Shown here piece after piece: positions 1-8,925 of a DNA stretch of 18,418 nucleotides (positions are counted from its first letter, which is position 1; every line of letters begins with the position of its first letter). Location: assembly GCA_048939245.1 (NCBI GenBank), contig JBHLPR010000042.1:1-18418 (forward strand), read 5' to 3'. Below the pieces are notes generated by a model. It searched no databases. It saw nothing but the letters and a program-made list of their open reading frames with translations, and had not been told where the DNA came from. The position numbers and the translations under genes were made by a program. This DNA comes from Promethearchaeota archaeon (GTDB taxonomy: Archaea > Asgardarchaeota > Hermodarchaeia > Hermodarchaeales > Hermodarchaeaceae).

Positions 1-431
1 ACACCATCTTCTGGTATCAGAATCTTATATCCACGGAAGAATGCATCGGCAGCCGTGTGACGAACACAAAGATGCGTGTGCAGACCGGTGAGTACCACCG
101 TATCGACCTTCCGACTACGCAAAATAGAGTCCAAGGGCGTTTCAAAGAAGCTGCTGTATACATGCTTTCCTATAGTAATAGCATCATTGACAGGAGTAAG
201 TTCAGGGATGACTTCTGCGCCTTCTGTGCCTTCGATGGCATGTGCGCCCCATCGTCCCATTTCAAAGTCGGTGTCAAAGTGACTATCATTAGCATAGATT
301 ATCAGTAGCTTGTGTTTATGAAAAGCTTCGATAAGATCCCGGATATGGGGGATAATCCGTTGGGCACGATCGCATTTGAGCGATCCCGTGACGAAATCGT
401 TGAGCATATCTACGATGATTAGTGCCTTCAT
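1..431 (-). CDS. Isochorismatase/nicotinamidase-family cysteine hydrolase; runs off the left edge (alternative in-frame ATG at 455)
   Basis: Not in the ORF track. Manual translation of the minus strand gives MKALIIVDMLNDFVTGSLKC...NDSH...WGAHAIEGTEGAEVIPEL...GKHVYSSFFETPLDSILRSRKVDTVVLTGLHTHLCVRHTAADAFFRGYKILIPEDG, with the D-K-C catalytic triad motifs of the family. Confidence 0.9.
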   Translation of the reverse strand, partial: MKALIIVDMLNDFVTGSLKCDRAQRIIPHIRDLIEAFHKHKLLIIYANDSHFDTDFEMGRWGAHAIEGTEGAEVIPELTPVNDAITIGKHVYSSFFETPLDSILRSRKVDTVVLTGLHTHLCVRHTAADAFFRGYKILIPEDG

Positions 432-503
432 TTTACTCAACAGTGTAAAGCCCATGTCTGGTTAAAAGAGTATTGAACTGGCGAAAAATCACAACCCAGT
501 TTC

Positions 504-537
504 TTAACTATGTTAACAAGTTCAGTACAAATATAAA
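504..537 (+). promoter_or_regulatory. Putative ferritin promoter: inverted repeat TTAAC-N3-GTTAA (504-516) upstream of a TATA-like TATAAA (532-537)
   Basis: Seen directly in the divergent intergenic region, about 50 nt upstream of the ferritin ATG. Confidence 0.4.
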
Positions 538-586
538 CAGGTATTACGACGCATTCAACACTATACTAATTGCGAAGTGATGATAA

Positions 587-1081
587 ATGGAAATCAGTAA
601 AGAACTTCAAGAAGCAATCAATGATCAAATTAATTTCGAACTCTATTCTGCTTACATCTATCTTTCGATGGCTACCTATTTCGAATCAGTCAACCTCAGT
701 GGCATGTCCCACTGGATGAAACACCAAGCTGTTGAAGAATACGAACACGCTATGCGATTTTGGAAGCACATCTCCGATCGAGGAGGCCGCGTAATTCTGA
801 CTGAGATAAAGGGTCCTGCTACTGAATGGGACTCGCCCTTGGCTGCATGGGAAAATGCCTATGAACACGAACAAATCGTTACCAAGCGCATTTTCGAAAT
901 CGGCAAAATTGCTGAAAAAATGGGAGATAAGTCCGCTGTCCCCATGCTCAACTGGTTCTACGAAGAGCAAGTTGAAGAAGAGGAACAAACACAAAATATT
1001 GCTGAAATGTTGAAGGAGATTGGAGATTCAAAAGGAGCATTATTTATGCTCGATAACAAACTTGGTCAACGCGGCACATAG
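587..1081 (+). CDS. ftnA: Non-heme ferritin (FtnA type)
   Basis: QINFELYSAYIYLSMA, EEYEHAMR, AYEHEQIVT and WFYEEQVEEE ferroxidase-centre motifs; 164 aa. Confidence 0.95.
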   Translation: MEISKELQEAINDQINFELYSAYIYLSMATYFESVNLSGMSHWMKHQAVEEYEHAMRFWKHISDRGGRVILTEIKGPATEWDSPLAAWENAYEHEQIVTKRIFEIGKIAEKMGDKSAVPMLNWFYEEQVEEEEQTQNIAEMLKEIGDSKGALFMLDNKLGQRGT

Positions 1082-1120
1082 AATTTGTAGAATACCATTC
1101 TAAGGGAAAACCCTTACTCC

Positions 1121-1163
1121 GCAGAAGGTGGCAGAGTCCTTCCTTCTGCTTTCTTTTTTCTTT
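1121..1163 (+). terminator. Hairpin plus U-rich tract after ferritin
   Basis: GCAGAAGG (1121-1128) pairs with CCTTCTGC (1142-1149), followed by TTTCTTTTTTCTTT. Confidence 0.65.
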
Positions 1164-1257
1164 AAAAAATTCGCGAGCTAGATATCTTACGCGATACAAA
1201 TTTTAGGAAGTTTATGAAAACTAATATTGGTTTTCACAATTGGAAGGCTGAAATTGA

Positions 1258-1386
1258 ATGGCTCAAGTTCAAGCTGTAGGCGAGAGATATCGATGTGATG
1301 TATGTGGGAACGAAATTGAAGTCACTTCTGCAGGTGGCGGCGAACTTCGTTGTTGTGCTCGACCAATGAGGCGAATAGGAAGATAG
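1258..1386 (+). CDS. Desulforedoxin-like / desulfoferrodoxin FeS4 iron-binding domain protein (42 aa, stand-alone)
   Basis: Below the ORF-track cutoff. Translation MAQVQAVGERYRCDVCGNEIEVTSAGGGELRCCARPMRRIGR carries the YxCxxCGN...GGG.LxCCxxPM signature. Confidence 0.9.
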   Translation: MAQVQAVGERYRCDVCGNEIEVTSAGGGELRCCARPMRRIGR

Positions 1387-1458
1387 TAGGCATTATAAGT
1401 AGTTCCAACTAAATGAGCAGCACTGAAATCCCGTGAATCATTAATGGGAGGTATAATT

Positions 1459-1959
1459 ATGGGAACTAAAGGTCGAGAAATCGTCCAATATGATCTCAAA
1501 GAACTTGTTGAATTACTAAACAAAGCGTTAGCAGATGAATGGTTAGCTTATGTTCAATATTGGAACGGGGCAAAATTAGCAGTTGGACCTATGCGTGATT
1601 TAGTTGCGAGTGAACTCAAGGAGCACGCTAACGAAGAACTTGAACACGCTGGTATGCTCGTCGAACGAATCATCCAACTGGGTGGAACTCCAATTCTTAC
1701 ACCATCCGAATGGTTATCAAAAACCAATTGTGGATACGAAGCCCCTACTGATCCTTTCGTTGTCACCCTACTAGAACAAAATATCAAAGGCGAACAGTGT
1801 GCCATTGAGACCTACACCAAAATCCTTGATAAAATCAAAGGCAAAGATCCGTTAACCACCCACATCGTCTATAAAATCCTTGATGATGAAGTGGAACATG
1901 AAGAAGATCTCGAAGCAATCATGGACGACATTAAAGCAGCAAAGAAATTCTTCAAATAA
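1459..1959 (+). CDS. DPS-like (DPSL, thioferritin) ferritin-superfamily protein
   Basis: LNKALADEWLAYVQYW, EELEHA..LVERIIQLGGTP, the Cys pair CGYEAP...EQCAI, and DEVEHEEDL. Start placed at ATG 1459 behind a GGAGGT ribosome-binding site (the ORF track starts at 1444). Confidence 0.9.
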   Translation: MGTKGREIVQYDLKELVELLNKALADEWLAYVQYWNGAKLAVGPMRDLVASELKEHANEELEHAGMLVERIIQLGGTPILTPSEWLSKTNCGYEAPTDPFVVTLLEQNIKGEQCAIETYTKILDKIKGKDPLTTHIVYKILDDEVEHEEDLEAIMDDIKAAKKFFK

Positions 1960-1985
1960 ATTAAGCATCATTAACTTCAACTATT

Positions 1986-2020
1986 TGCGGACCAGTGGAA
2001 TTTGATTGGACTGGTTCGCA
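1986..2020. terminator. 11-bp hairpin between the convergent DPSL and EamA genes
   Basis: TGCGGACCAGT (1986-1996) pairs with ACTGGTTCGCA (2010-2020), with one G-U pair; T-rich sequence follows. Confidence 0.6.
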
Positions 2021-2031
2021 GATATCTTCTT

Positions 2032-2958
2032 TTAAAATAATAACACCGCTAGCCACACACCACTAATTGTAAGGATTGTTCCAAGTAAAATTAATGGTGT
2101 GACTTTTTCTTTTAGATAAATCACAGTGAAGGGAAGTGCGAAGAGAGGTGCTGTTGCAGCAATTACGGATGTGACGGTTGCTCCGGTGAAAAAGACAGCG
2201 TTGACATATAAGACTGAACCAATACCCATTCCGAAAAACCCAGCGACTAATACGAGTTTGGTTGCACGTCGTGTGGGCATGGGCATACCCCGTTTCCGAG
2301 CGAAAAGGAAGATTGGTAGAAGGAATAGCGATCCGATTGAGATTCGGATAAGGTTCGCATCGATGGGATCACTACCAATTAATCCAATTTGGAGAATCAC
2401 GGTTGCGGAAGCCCAGCTAAAAGCGGCGCCTATGGCAAGTATAATTCCGAGTTTATCCCAGCCAACCCGTGTTTGCTTATTATATGGCGGTACGTCCTCT
2501 ATTTCTTGTCGTGCTTGTTCGTGGGTGATGATGCTGATTCCAAGTATGGCCAAGATGACTCCTAGAAGACGATGTAGAAGAAATGGCTCCTGTATAATCA
2601 CTATTGAGATTAAATACGTGATGACAGGAAACGTCATTGCTATGGGAAAAGCACGGGAAACGCCAATGCGGGATTGGCTTGTTAGGTAGAGGAGGTCTCC
2701 AATGCCAGCACCCAAGATAATTGAGGTAGCTAAAAAGGGAATAGAGACCAGAGAAACGTTGAGTCCGGTGGGAAAAAGAAAAAGAAGTACTACAATGGCA
2801 ATCACAGGTAGGGCAATCCACATTTTGTAGGCATTAATGGCAATAGGTTGGATTTCCATACTTTGCGATTTGTACACAACATTCGAAAAGCCGAACAGTG
2901 CCGCACCCAGAATCCCCATAAACACACCTGCAAGAAATAGTTCGGGGGAGACTGCCAC
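2032..2958 (-). CDS. DMT/EamA-family transporter (about 10 TM, two EamA repeats)
   Basis: Hydrophobic duplicated halves: GAGIGDLLYL..SRIGVSRAFPI and GMGIGSVLYVNAV..TGAT..ATAPLFAL..LKEKVT. GTG start with AGGTGA RBS. Confidence 0.9.
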   Translation of the reverse strand: MAVSPELFLAGVFMGILGAALFGFSNVVYKSQSMEIQPIAINAYKMWIALPVIAIVVLLFLFPTGLNVSLVSIPFLATSIILGAGIGDLLYLTSQSRIGVSRAFPIAMTFPVITYLISIVIIQEPFLLHRLLGVILAILGISIITHEQARQEIEDVPPYNKQTRVGWDKLGIILAIGAAFSWASATVILQIGLIGSDPIDANLIRISIGSLFLLPIFLFARKRGMPMPTRRATKLVLVAGFFGMGIGSVLYVNAVFFTGATVTSVIAATAPLFALPFTVIYLKEKVTPLILLGTILTISGVWLAVLLF

Positions 2959-3101
2959 GGTAAATCACCTATTGCCTTGTTATTGAATGCGCGTAAATCG
3001 TCCGATGTGGGGTTTTAGTCTAAAAAGGTTGCAGAGAGGTAAGTTTTTTGAAGATGTTATTAACAAGGGGGGGTAAACTCTGGATGTGGAGGTTACATTC
3101 G

Positions 3102-3662
3102 ATGTACCCTATTGATATTCTCCTTGATGAACACAAATTGGTTGATAGAGTATTTGCAATTATTGAGAAGGTCCGTGATAAGCTAAAGGATAAAGAAGAA
3201 ATTCCAGCGCCCGTTTTTTGGAAGTTGGTCGAGTTCATTCGTGGTTATGCTGATGTTATTCATCACTCGAAAGAGGAAGACATCCTCTTTGATACTTTGC
3301 GTGAACATGATACTGATTTACCGAAAGAAGTCGACCGAAATATCGCTGTGCTCATCGAAGAGCATATTGAGGCTTTAGATCTGGCCAATGAGATGCACAA
3401 AGCCATTCGAGAGTATCATCGAGGTGCACCTGAAGCGCGTGATAAAATTCTCAAGTCGGTTGACGAGTATCTCAAAATCATGAAACCACATTTCAAAATG
3501 GAAGAAGATGATGTATTTCCTTCTATAGTGAACGTGCTTAGCCAAGAAGAGAAAGATAAAATGAAAGCCGATTTTGACCGTTTCGACGAAATTCTTGGTG
3601 GTAAAGAGGTCCATGGAAGGTACCATCAAATTGTTGAAGACCTTGAACAGCAATTCATGTAA
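3102..3662 (+). CDS. Hemerythrin HHE cation-binding domain protein
   Basis: LLDEH, HHSKEEDILF, LIEEH and PHFKMEEDDVFP motifs. ATG 3102 follows a GGAGGT RBS (the ORF track starts at 3048). Confidence 0.9.
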   Translation: MYPIDILLDEHKLVDRVFAIIEKVRDKLKDKEEIPAPVFWKLVEFIRGYADVIHHSKEEDILFDTLREHDTDLPKEVDRNIAVLIEEHIEALDLANEMHKAIREYHRGAPEARDKILKSVDEYLKIMKPHFKMEEDDVFPSIVNVLSQEEKDKMKADFDRFDEILGGKEVHGRYHQIVEDLEQQFM

Positions 3663-3869
3663 TTGAAAAAAGAGACCTCCTATAGTAAAAGAGAAGCAAC
3701 AGAATAAGACCAGAATTTCCTAAAATACTGCTTCAGAAACGAATTCACCTTAATATTGGCTTATTCTCAAGTAGAATACGCAAAAAAGCTGTATTAACTC
3801 ATTTCAAATAAAGAAAGGCAAATCTTTTCCGACCTTATCACGGTTAGTGTAGAATAACAATTCAACGAC

Positions 3870-4487
3870 GTGGTATTCATGTCGACAAAAAATGAGGAAA
3901 AACGTTCAATTAACTGGGATCTGGTCTTTAGTGGAATAGCCTCAGTGACTTTTGCTTTCCAATTAATCTCATTTTTGATTCTTGTGGGAGCGGGAGTTGT
4001 ATTCTTGTTGATGCTTTCAGGCATCTGGGGAATTCTTGTGGCAAACGAAGACATCTTTATTTTTGTCCTGCTATTAGGAGGTGGATTCACTTTTCTACTC
4101 TTCGTTTGGCTCCTGGGAGTTTTTCTCCGTTTTCACCGTAGAATTAGGCGTTTCATTGTTGGAGAAGGTGTAGGACATATTGATGCAGATGATTCAGCGA
4201 CCAAAACTGTTCTTACGCTTTTTGCGATTTCAACCATTTTCGTGCTCGTTGCTGGCATCTATGGCTATTATCTACTATGGAAATATCTTCTACATCCCTG
4301 GGGCAGCGCCTGGCTAACTTCAATGGGATTATCAGGAATCCTGTTCTACGAAATAGGAATATTAATCGTATTCGTTGCTCTCGGCGTAATAATCGTAACA
4401 TTTGTAATGCAGATATTGACACTTGCTATTAATCGGTATACGGGACGACTGGTGTCTTCCTTTGACGAGATGACTGAGAAAACATGA
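3870..4487 (+). CDS. Hypothetical integral membrane protein (about 4 TM)
   Basis: 205-aa ORF with four long hydrophobic segments and no recognised motif. Confidence 0.75.
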   Translation: MVFMSTKNEEKRSINWDLVFSGIASVTFAFQLISFLILVGAGVVFLLMLSGIWGILVANEDIFIFVLLLGGGFTFLLFVWLLGVFLRFHRRIRRFIVGEGVGHIDADDSATKTVLTLFAISTIFVLVAGIYGYYLLWKYLLHPWGSAWLTSMGLSGILFYEIGILIVFVALGVIIVTFVMQILTLAINRYTGRLVSSFDEMTEKT

Positions 4488-4539
4488 ATGAGGTAGTCGT
4501 CGTCACAATCTAATAGCTCCTTCACTACAACAATTAGCT

Positions 4540-5307
4540 ATGTTCAACCCATTTCGCAAACAATGGCAGTCCAATGCCGAAGCATTCACTCAACTAATCA
4601 ATGGGAAAGGTACACCCCATCATCAGCAGATACTTAATCCCTGTATTGAACAACTAATGGGAAATGTCGAAGGTCGTCGCATCTTAGATGCAGGTTGTGG
4701 AGAAGGTTACCTTTCCCGATATTATGCACAAAAAGGCGCAGAGGTAACTGCTGTAGATTTTTCACCAGAGCTTATTGAAATAGGAGAAAGGACCTCGAAA
4801 GATTTACCCATTACCTTCCTGATTGGCGACCTCTGCTCGCTAGAAACCCTTCACGACGAAGAGTTCGACATTATTTTATCTAATCTGGTTCTCCTCAATC
4901 TTGATTGCCTAGAAAAAAGTTTACATGAATTCCATCGGTTACTTCGCCCCAAAGGGTTTGTAGTGTTTTCAATCGTTCATCCAGCATTCAATATGTATGG
5001 ACCAGGACATTGGGAATTGGGTAAAAAGGAAAGCCAGTCTAGACGCCGGAAAGGTAAGTTCTTTGTGATGGATCAATACTTTGCAGAGAAAGAGTATCGG
5101 TTTCGATGGAAAACCCGATCAGGCGAAGGATTTCCCGAAGAGTTTAGCTTTTTTCACCGAACCATCGCAACCTACATCAAAACACTTCTACGGATTGGGT
5201 TTCGTTTAACCGCATTTGAAGAACCACGCCCCATAACCAATGCACCATTCTTTGAGCGTGAACGACGAATTCCCTTCTTCCTCGTAATACGGGCAGAGAA
5301 AGACTAG
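4540..5307 (+). CDS. Class I SAM-dependent methyltransferase
   Basis: ILDAGCGEG motif I, AVDFS, FDIILSNLVL and LLRPKGFVVFSIVHP. Confidence 0.92.
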   Translation: MFNPFRKQWQSNAEAFTQLINGKGTPHHQQILNPCIEQLMGNVEGRRILDAGCGEGYLSRYYAQKGAEVTAVDFSPELIEIGERTSKDLPITFLIGDLCSLETLHDEEFDIILSNLVLLNLDCLEKSLHEFHRLLRPKGFVVFSIVHPAFNMYGPGHWELGKKESQSRRRKGKFFVMDQYFAEKEYRFRWKTRSGEGFPEEFSFFHRTIATYIKTLLRIGFRLTAFEEPRPITNAPFFERERRIPFFLVIRAEKD

Positions 5308-5327
5308 ACACAAGCTACTGTTATGTT

Positions 5328-5864
5328 CTACGTCTCTTTATTGATTCGTGGAAGGAGCAAGGACACTTCTTGAAAGGCTTCCGGGCGTTTGAGTAAGCGA
5401 GAGATAAATCGTGTGAAAAGTTTAGGGTCTTCAGCACAGGCAGCTGAAAAGCCGACTGGTGAGAGCCCTGTGAGTACAAACCGTTTTGAAGATCCAAAAA
5501 TTGAATCCGTAGTTCCTTCTGGGAATTCAGGCAAGTCTTCATGTAGTATGGCCACTTCCTCCGTGACGAATAATGCGCCTGCTGAAAGTGCACGGGGATA
5601 ACTTTTCGTTAGAATCGCAAATAAGGGCGTATTAGCTGGAAGTGCCTTTTCCTGTGGAGATCTCACTTCCTCAATGACAGTTTTGATCACCCAATTTTCC
5701 CGATCCTGAATAAGCTCAAATAACTGGTTAATGAAAGCGTCCCCAACGATGAAGTTGCGAGGACTGAGCAAAGATTCAGCATTCTGAAAATCAAGAGCGA
5801 CTCGCACGTCTTGGCCTTCCGCTTCGCCATGGATTATCACAATCCAGACATCAGTCGCTTCCAC
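5328..5864 (-). CDS. Hypothetical protein
   Basis: 178-aa ORF filling the gap, GTG start with GGTGA RBS, protein-like composition, no recognised family. Confidence 0.7.
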   Translation of the reverse strand: MEATDVWIVIIHGEAEGQDVRVALDFQNAESLLSPRNFIVGDAFINQLFELIQDRENWVIKTVIEEVRSPQEKALPANTPLFAILTKSYPRALSAGALFVTEEVAILHEDLPEFPEGTTDSIFGSSKRFVLTGLSPVGFSAACAEDPKLFTRFISRLLKRPEAFQEVSLLLPRINKET

Positions 5865-5969
5865 AAGGAGTCACCAGCGTGATAAGAGGTAGACGTTGGA
5901 AGAAAAAACTCTTTGGACAGAAGAGTGAAATGGTCTCAAATTGCCTATTGTGGTTGGTGTTAGACCAAC

Positions 5970-6758
5970 GTGACAAGTCCAAAATCAAAGAAGCAAGAAC
6001 CAGTTGAATTGTATTATGTAAAGAAAGGACAAGGACTCCCTCTCATTTTTATTCATGGCTGGGCCGCTTCACACCGTTTTTGGAGACATCAAATCCCCTT
6101 TTTTGCACAGAAGTACCAAGTTATTGCCTATGATTTACGGGGACACGCCGATTCATCCAAACCCCAGAAAAGCTATCGAGTTGATGACCACGTCCAAGAT
6201 CTGGTAACGCTTCTTGCTGACCACCAGATTTCGAATCCTGTCTTGGTTGGGCATTCTTTAGGTGGGATGATTGCCCTTCAATACACATTGGAGAAGCCAA
6301 GCAAACCGCGAGCCCTTGTCTTAGTGGGAACAAGTCCTAAGCCCGTGGCATCCCGAAAGCGCAGCATTCAATTCAGTTTTCTACGCCTTCTTATCCGCCT
6401 ATCAAGAAAAAGAGCTGCACGATTCACAGAAAAAGAATTATTTGCACCTGATGTTAACCCCGACCTTGTCCGCTGGGTAAATACTGAATCCCTAAGAACC
6501 CCCACCTATGTCATCTTACAGATACTACAAGATGTCAAACGATTCGATGTAACAGCCCGACTCCCTGAAATTCAGATTCCAACGCTTATTCTGGCTGGCG
6601 AATATGACACAGCTGTGGAATCAAGGACTATGGAACAGATGGAAAATCTATTACCAAAAACACAAATTCAAGTAATTTCAGGAGCGGGACACAATTGCAT
6701 GCTTGAGCAATATTCAACATTCAATATGGTCTTGGATTCATTCTTACGAGAACTGTGA
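5970..6758 (+). CDS. Alpha/beta fold hydrolase
   Basis: FIHGW, YDLRGHADS, GHSLGG nucleophile elbow, GEYD and GAGHN catalytic Asp/His. Confidence 0.93.
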   Translation: MTSPKSKKQEPVELYYVKKGQGLPLIFIHGWAASHRFWRHQIPFFAQKYQVIAYDLRGHADSSKPQKSYRVDDHVQDLVTLLADHQISNPVLVGHSLGGMIALQYTLEKPSKPRALVLVGTSPKPVASRKRSIQFSFLRLLIRLSRKRAARFTEKELFAPDVNPDLVRWVNTESLRTPTYVILQILQDVKRFDVTARLPEIQIPTLILAGEYDTAVESRTMEQMENLLPKTQIQVISGAGHNCMLEQYSTFNMVLDSFLREL

Positions 6759-6806
6759 ACGCAATGAATTCTGGCTTTGACTCAGGATGTTTATACTTAG
6801 TAGTAT

Positions 6807-7214
6807 TTATGGGTTGAAAAATGGCCATCCGCGGGCGAACACTGTAACAGTGCCTTCTAGGTTTCCGATACAGGTGATAATGATAGTACACGAGCCAGTT
6901 GCATCTAGCCAAGTGGTTGTGACCGTAGTGTTGGAAATGCTAATACTCAGATCAAAGTCTATGGGATTATCTGCAGCGTCACGGATTTCATATCCCCATA
7001 TTGCAGATACCGACGTAAGTTGAATAGACACCTGCATTTGGGTATTGGGCCAGGAAATTGTCACGGGAATAGTTTCTTGGGTAATAATTCCAGTGAGGCT
7101 GATGGCGGTGGATTGAACTGGAAACGGATAAGCTAACCCAAAGTATATGCTAACTCCGGCTATTACGATGATTACTATAGCTATTGCCGCATTTCGTCTG
7201 GTGTGTTTTCCCAT
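6807..7214 (-). CDS. Hypothetical membrane-anchored or secreted protein with a beta-rich extracellular domain
   Basis: Basic N-terminus plus a hydrophobic helix (AAIAIVIIVIAGVSIYFGLA), then Thr/Ile/Val-rich strands. GGTGG RBS upstream. Confidence 0.7.
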   Translation of the reverse strand: MGKHTRRNAAIAIVIIVIAGVSIYFGLAYPFPVQSTAISLTGIITQETIPVTISWPNTQMQVSIQLTSVSAIWGYEIRDAADNPIDFDLSISISNTTVTTTWLDATGSCTIIITCIGNLEGTVTVFARGWPFFNP

Positions 7215-7317
7215 TTGAACGAACCACCACTAATGGTTCGTGTGAATGTGCGGATGTTGTATTTAGTCTAATTGCGAGAAAAACACGAATGATTTCAAAA
7301 ATGACAAACATAGATAA

Positions 7318-8925
7318 TTGGAAGAACAACCTAGTCTTGACGTAGCGTTTGGAGATTCACCGACTATGTTGTCCCAGATTGATCTTGCGGTAATCAACGC
7401 AGACATCAGAACCATGGATTCACAGTTACCCAAAGCTGAAGCGATGGTGATTAGCAATGGACGAATCCTAGCCATAGGAGGAGGGGCAGATATCGAAATA
7501 TATCTTAGGCAGGCAATCAAGACCGTGGATATGGAGGGCAGGACAATTCTGCCTGGTTTCATTGACACTCACGCACATTTGGTAGGTTTGGGGAGAAAAA
7601 TTATTCACCTTGATTTGGGAAACACAACCTCGATTGAAGAAGCCCTTCAACTGGTCAAACAACGAGCTGGTGAATTAGCCAGGGACGAACTAATCTTGGG
7701 GTATAACTGGGATGAAAGTCATTGGAAAAATCCCCGGTATCTGACCAAAGAAGACCTTGACCCCATTAGTCCGAATAATCCAGTCATTTTGATTCGTGTG
7801 TGTGGTCATCTGATTAGCGTAAACTCGTTGGTCTTAGATCAATTGGATTTTGATCCGAATCAGGAAGGCGTAGATCTTAATCCAAAGACCGGTGAATTGA
7901 CTGGTATCCTTCGGGATATTCCTGTTGACACTCGCAAATTTCAAACTAATGAGGAGGATTTATCCAAGGTAATCGTGGAAGGATGCCGCTATGCGAACAG
8001 TGTGGGCATAACCTCCTTGCACGAGAATTTGTATCGTGAACAGCTTCCCTTTGTTGCCACATACATCAAACTCCGGCAAGAAAAGGAACTGACAGTACGG
8101 GTTTATGCCAATTTGGAAGCAAAGCTAATTGATCTATTAGCGGCGCTTGGGGCCCCCTCAGGATTTGGTGATGACCATTTCCGATTGGGCGGAGTGAAAG
8201 TATTTACTGATGGCTCGTTTGGAGCACAAACTGCAGCCATTTCCAAACCTTATAATGATAAACCCGAAAGCGATGGGCTAATGTTATTTGCCGAAGAGGA
8301 CTATGACTTTTTGATTCAGACGGCCAATCACTTGGGTTTACAGGTTAGTACTCATGCAATTGGGGATCGAGCGATTGACATGGTACTTCGAGTGCATGAA
8401 AAAACCAGTAAATCCAAGCTGGTTCACAAGCTGCGTCACAACATTATCCACGCTGAGTATCTCACCCCTCCCCTGATAAAGCGAGTAAAAAAGTTGGACA
8501 TGCTTTTACTGCAACAACCCAATTTTGTCCATCGTTGGGGGTTGCCGAATGGTATGTATGATTCACGTCTGGGACCCCATCGGGCAAAGCAGCTGAACAA
8601 TTTTCGTCGCATCCTTGATGCGGGAATTAAGGTTGCGTTTGGATCAGATTGTATGCCCATGGATCCCCTCTATGGCATCTATTCTGCGACAACGCATCCG
8701 TATGACTCGATACGAATTACTATCGAAGAGGCCATCCGTTTGTATACGATTGATGCTGCCTACGCCAGTTTTGATGAAAAAGACAAAGGCTCTTTGACTC
8801 CTGGGAAACTAGCGGATTTCATTGTTCTATCCCAAAATCCCCTTGAAATGAAACCTGAGGAACTAAACAACGTCGAAGTACTAGCAACCTATGTTGGTGG
8901 CAATTGTGTGTTTTCACGCCTCTAA
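7318..8925 (+). CDS. YtcJ-like amidohydrolase (Amidohydro_3)
   Basis: LPGFIDTHAH, GVKVFTDGSFG, THAIGDRA, FGSD and KGSLTPGKLADFIVL. The true start may be ATG 7366. Confidence 0.92.
   Translation: MEEQPSLDVAFGDSPTMLSQIDLAVINADIRTMDSQLPKAEAMVISNGRILAIGGGADIEIYLRQAIKTVDMEGRTILPGFIDTHAHLVGLGRKIIHLDLGNTTSIEEALQLVKQRAGELARDELILGYNWDESHWKNPRYLTKEDLDPISPNNPVILIRVCGHLISVNSLVLDQLDFDPNQEGVDLNPKTGELTGILRDIPVDTRKFQTNEEDLSKVIVEGCRYANSVGITSLHENLYREQLPFVATYIKLRQEKELTVRVYANLEAKLIDLLAALGAPSGFGDDHFRLGGVKVFTDGSFGAQTAAISKPYNDKPESDGLMLFAEEDYDFLIQTANHLGLQVSTHAIGDRAIDMVLRVHEKTSKSKLVHKLRHNIIHAEYLTPPLIKRVKKLDMLLLQQPNFVHRWGLPNGMYDSRLGPHRAKQLNNFRRILDAGIKVAFGSDCMPMDPLYGIYSATTHPYDSIRITIEEAIRLYTIDAAYASFDEKDKGSLTPGKLADFIVLSQNPLEMKPEELNNVEVLATYVGGNCVFSRL

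Noticed and set aside
57-308. Plus-strand ORFs 57-308 and 76-282
   Set aside because: Antisense shadows of the minus-strand cysteine hydrolase, which has clear family motifs.
1081-1163. 3' hairpins as SECIS/PYLIS stop-codon read-through signals
   Set aside because: The upstream proteins are full length at their stops, no in-frame UGA/UAG at catalytic positions was seen, and there is no SECIS consensus.
2126-2689. 187-aa plus-strand ORF
   Set aside because: Antisense shadow of the EamA gene; no motifs.
4540-5307. Methyltransferase as the N-methyl-bacillithiol synthase NmbA
   Set aside because: Lies 9 kb from the bsh genes and shows only generic class I motifs; nothing supports that specificity.
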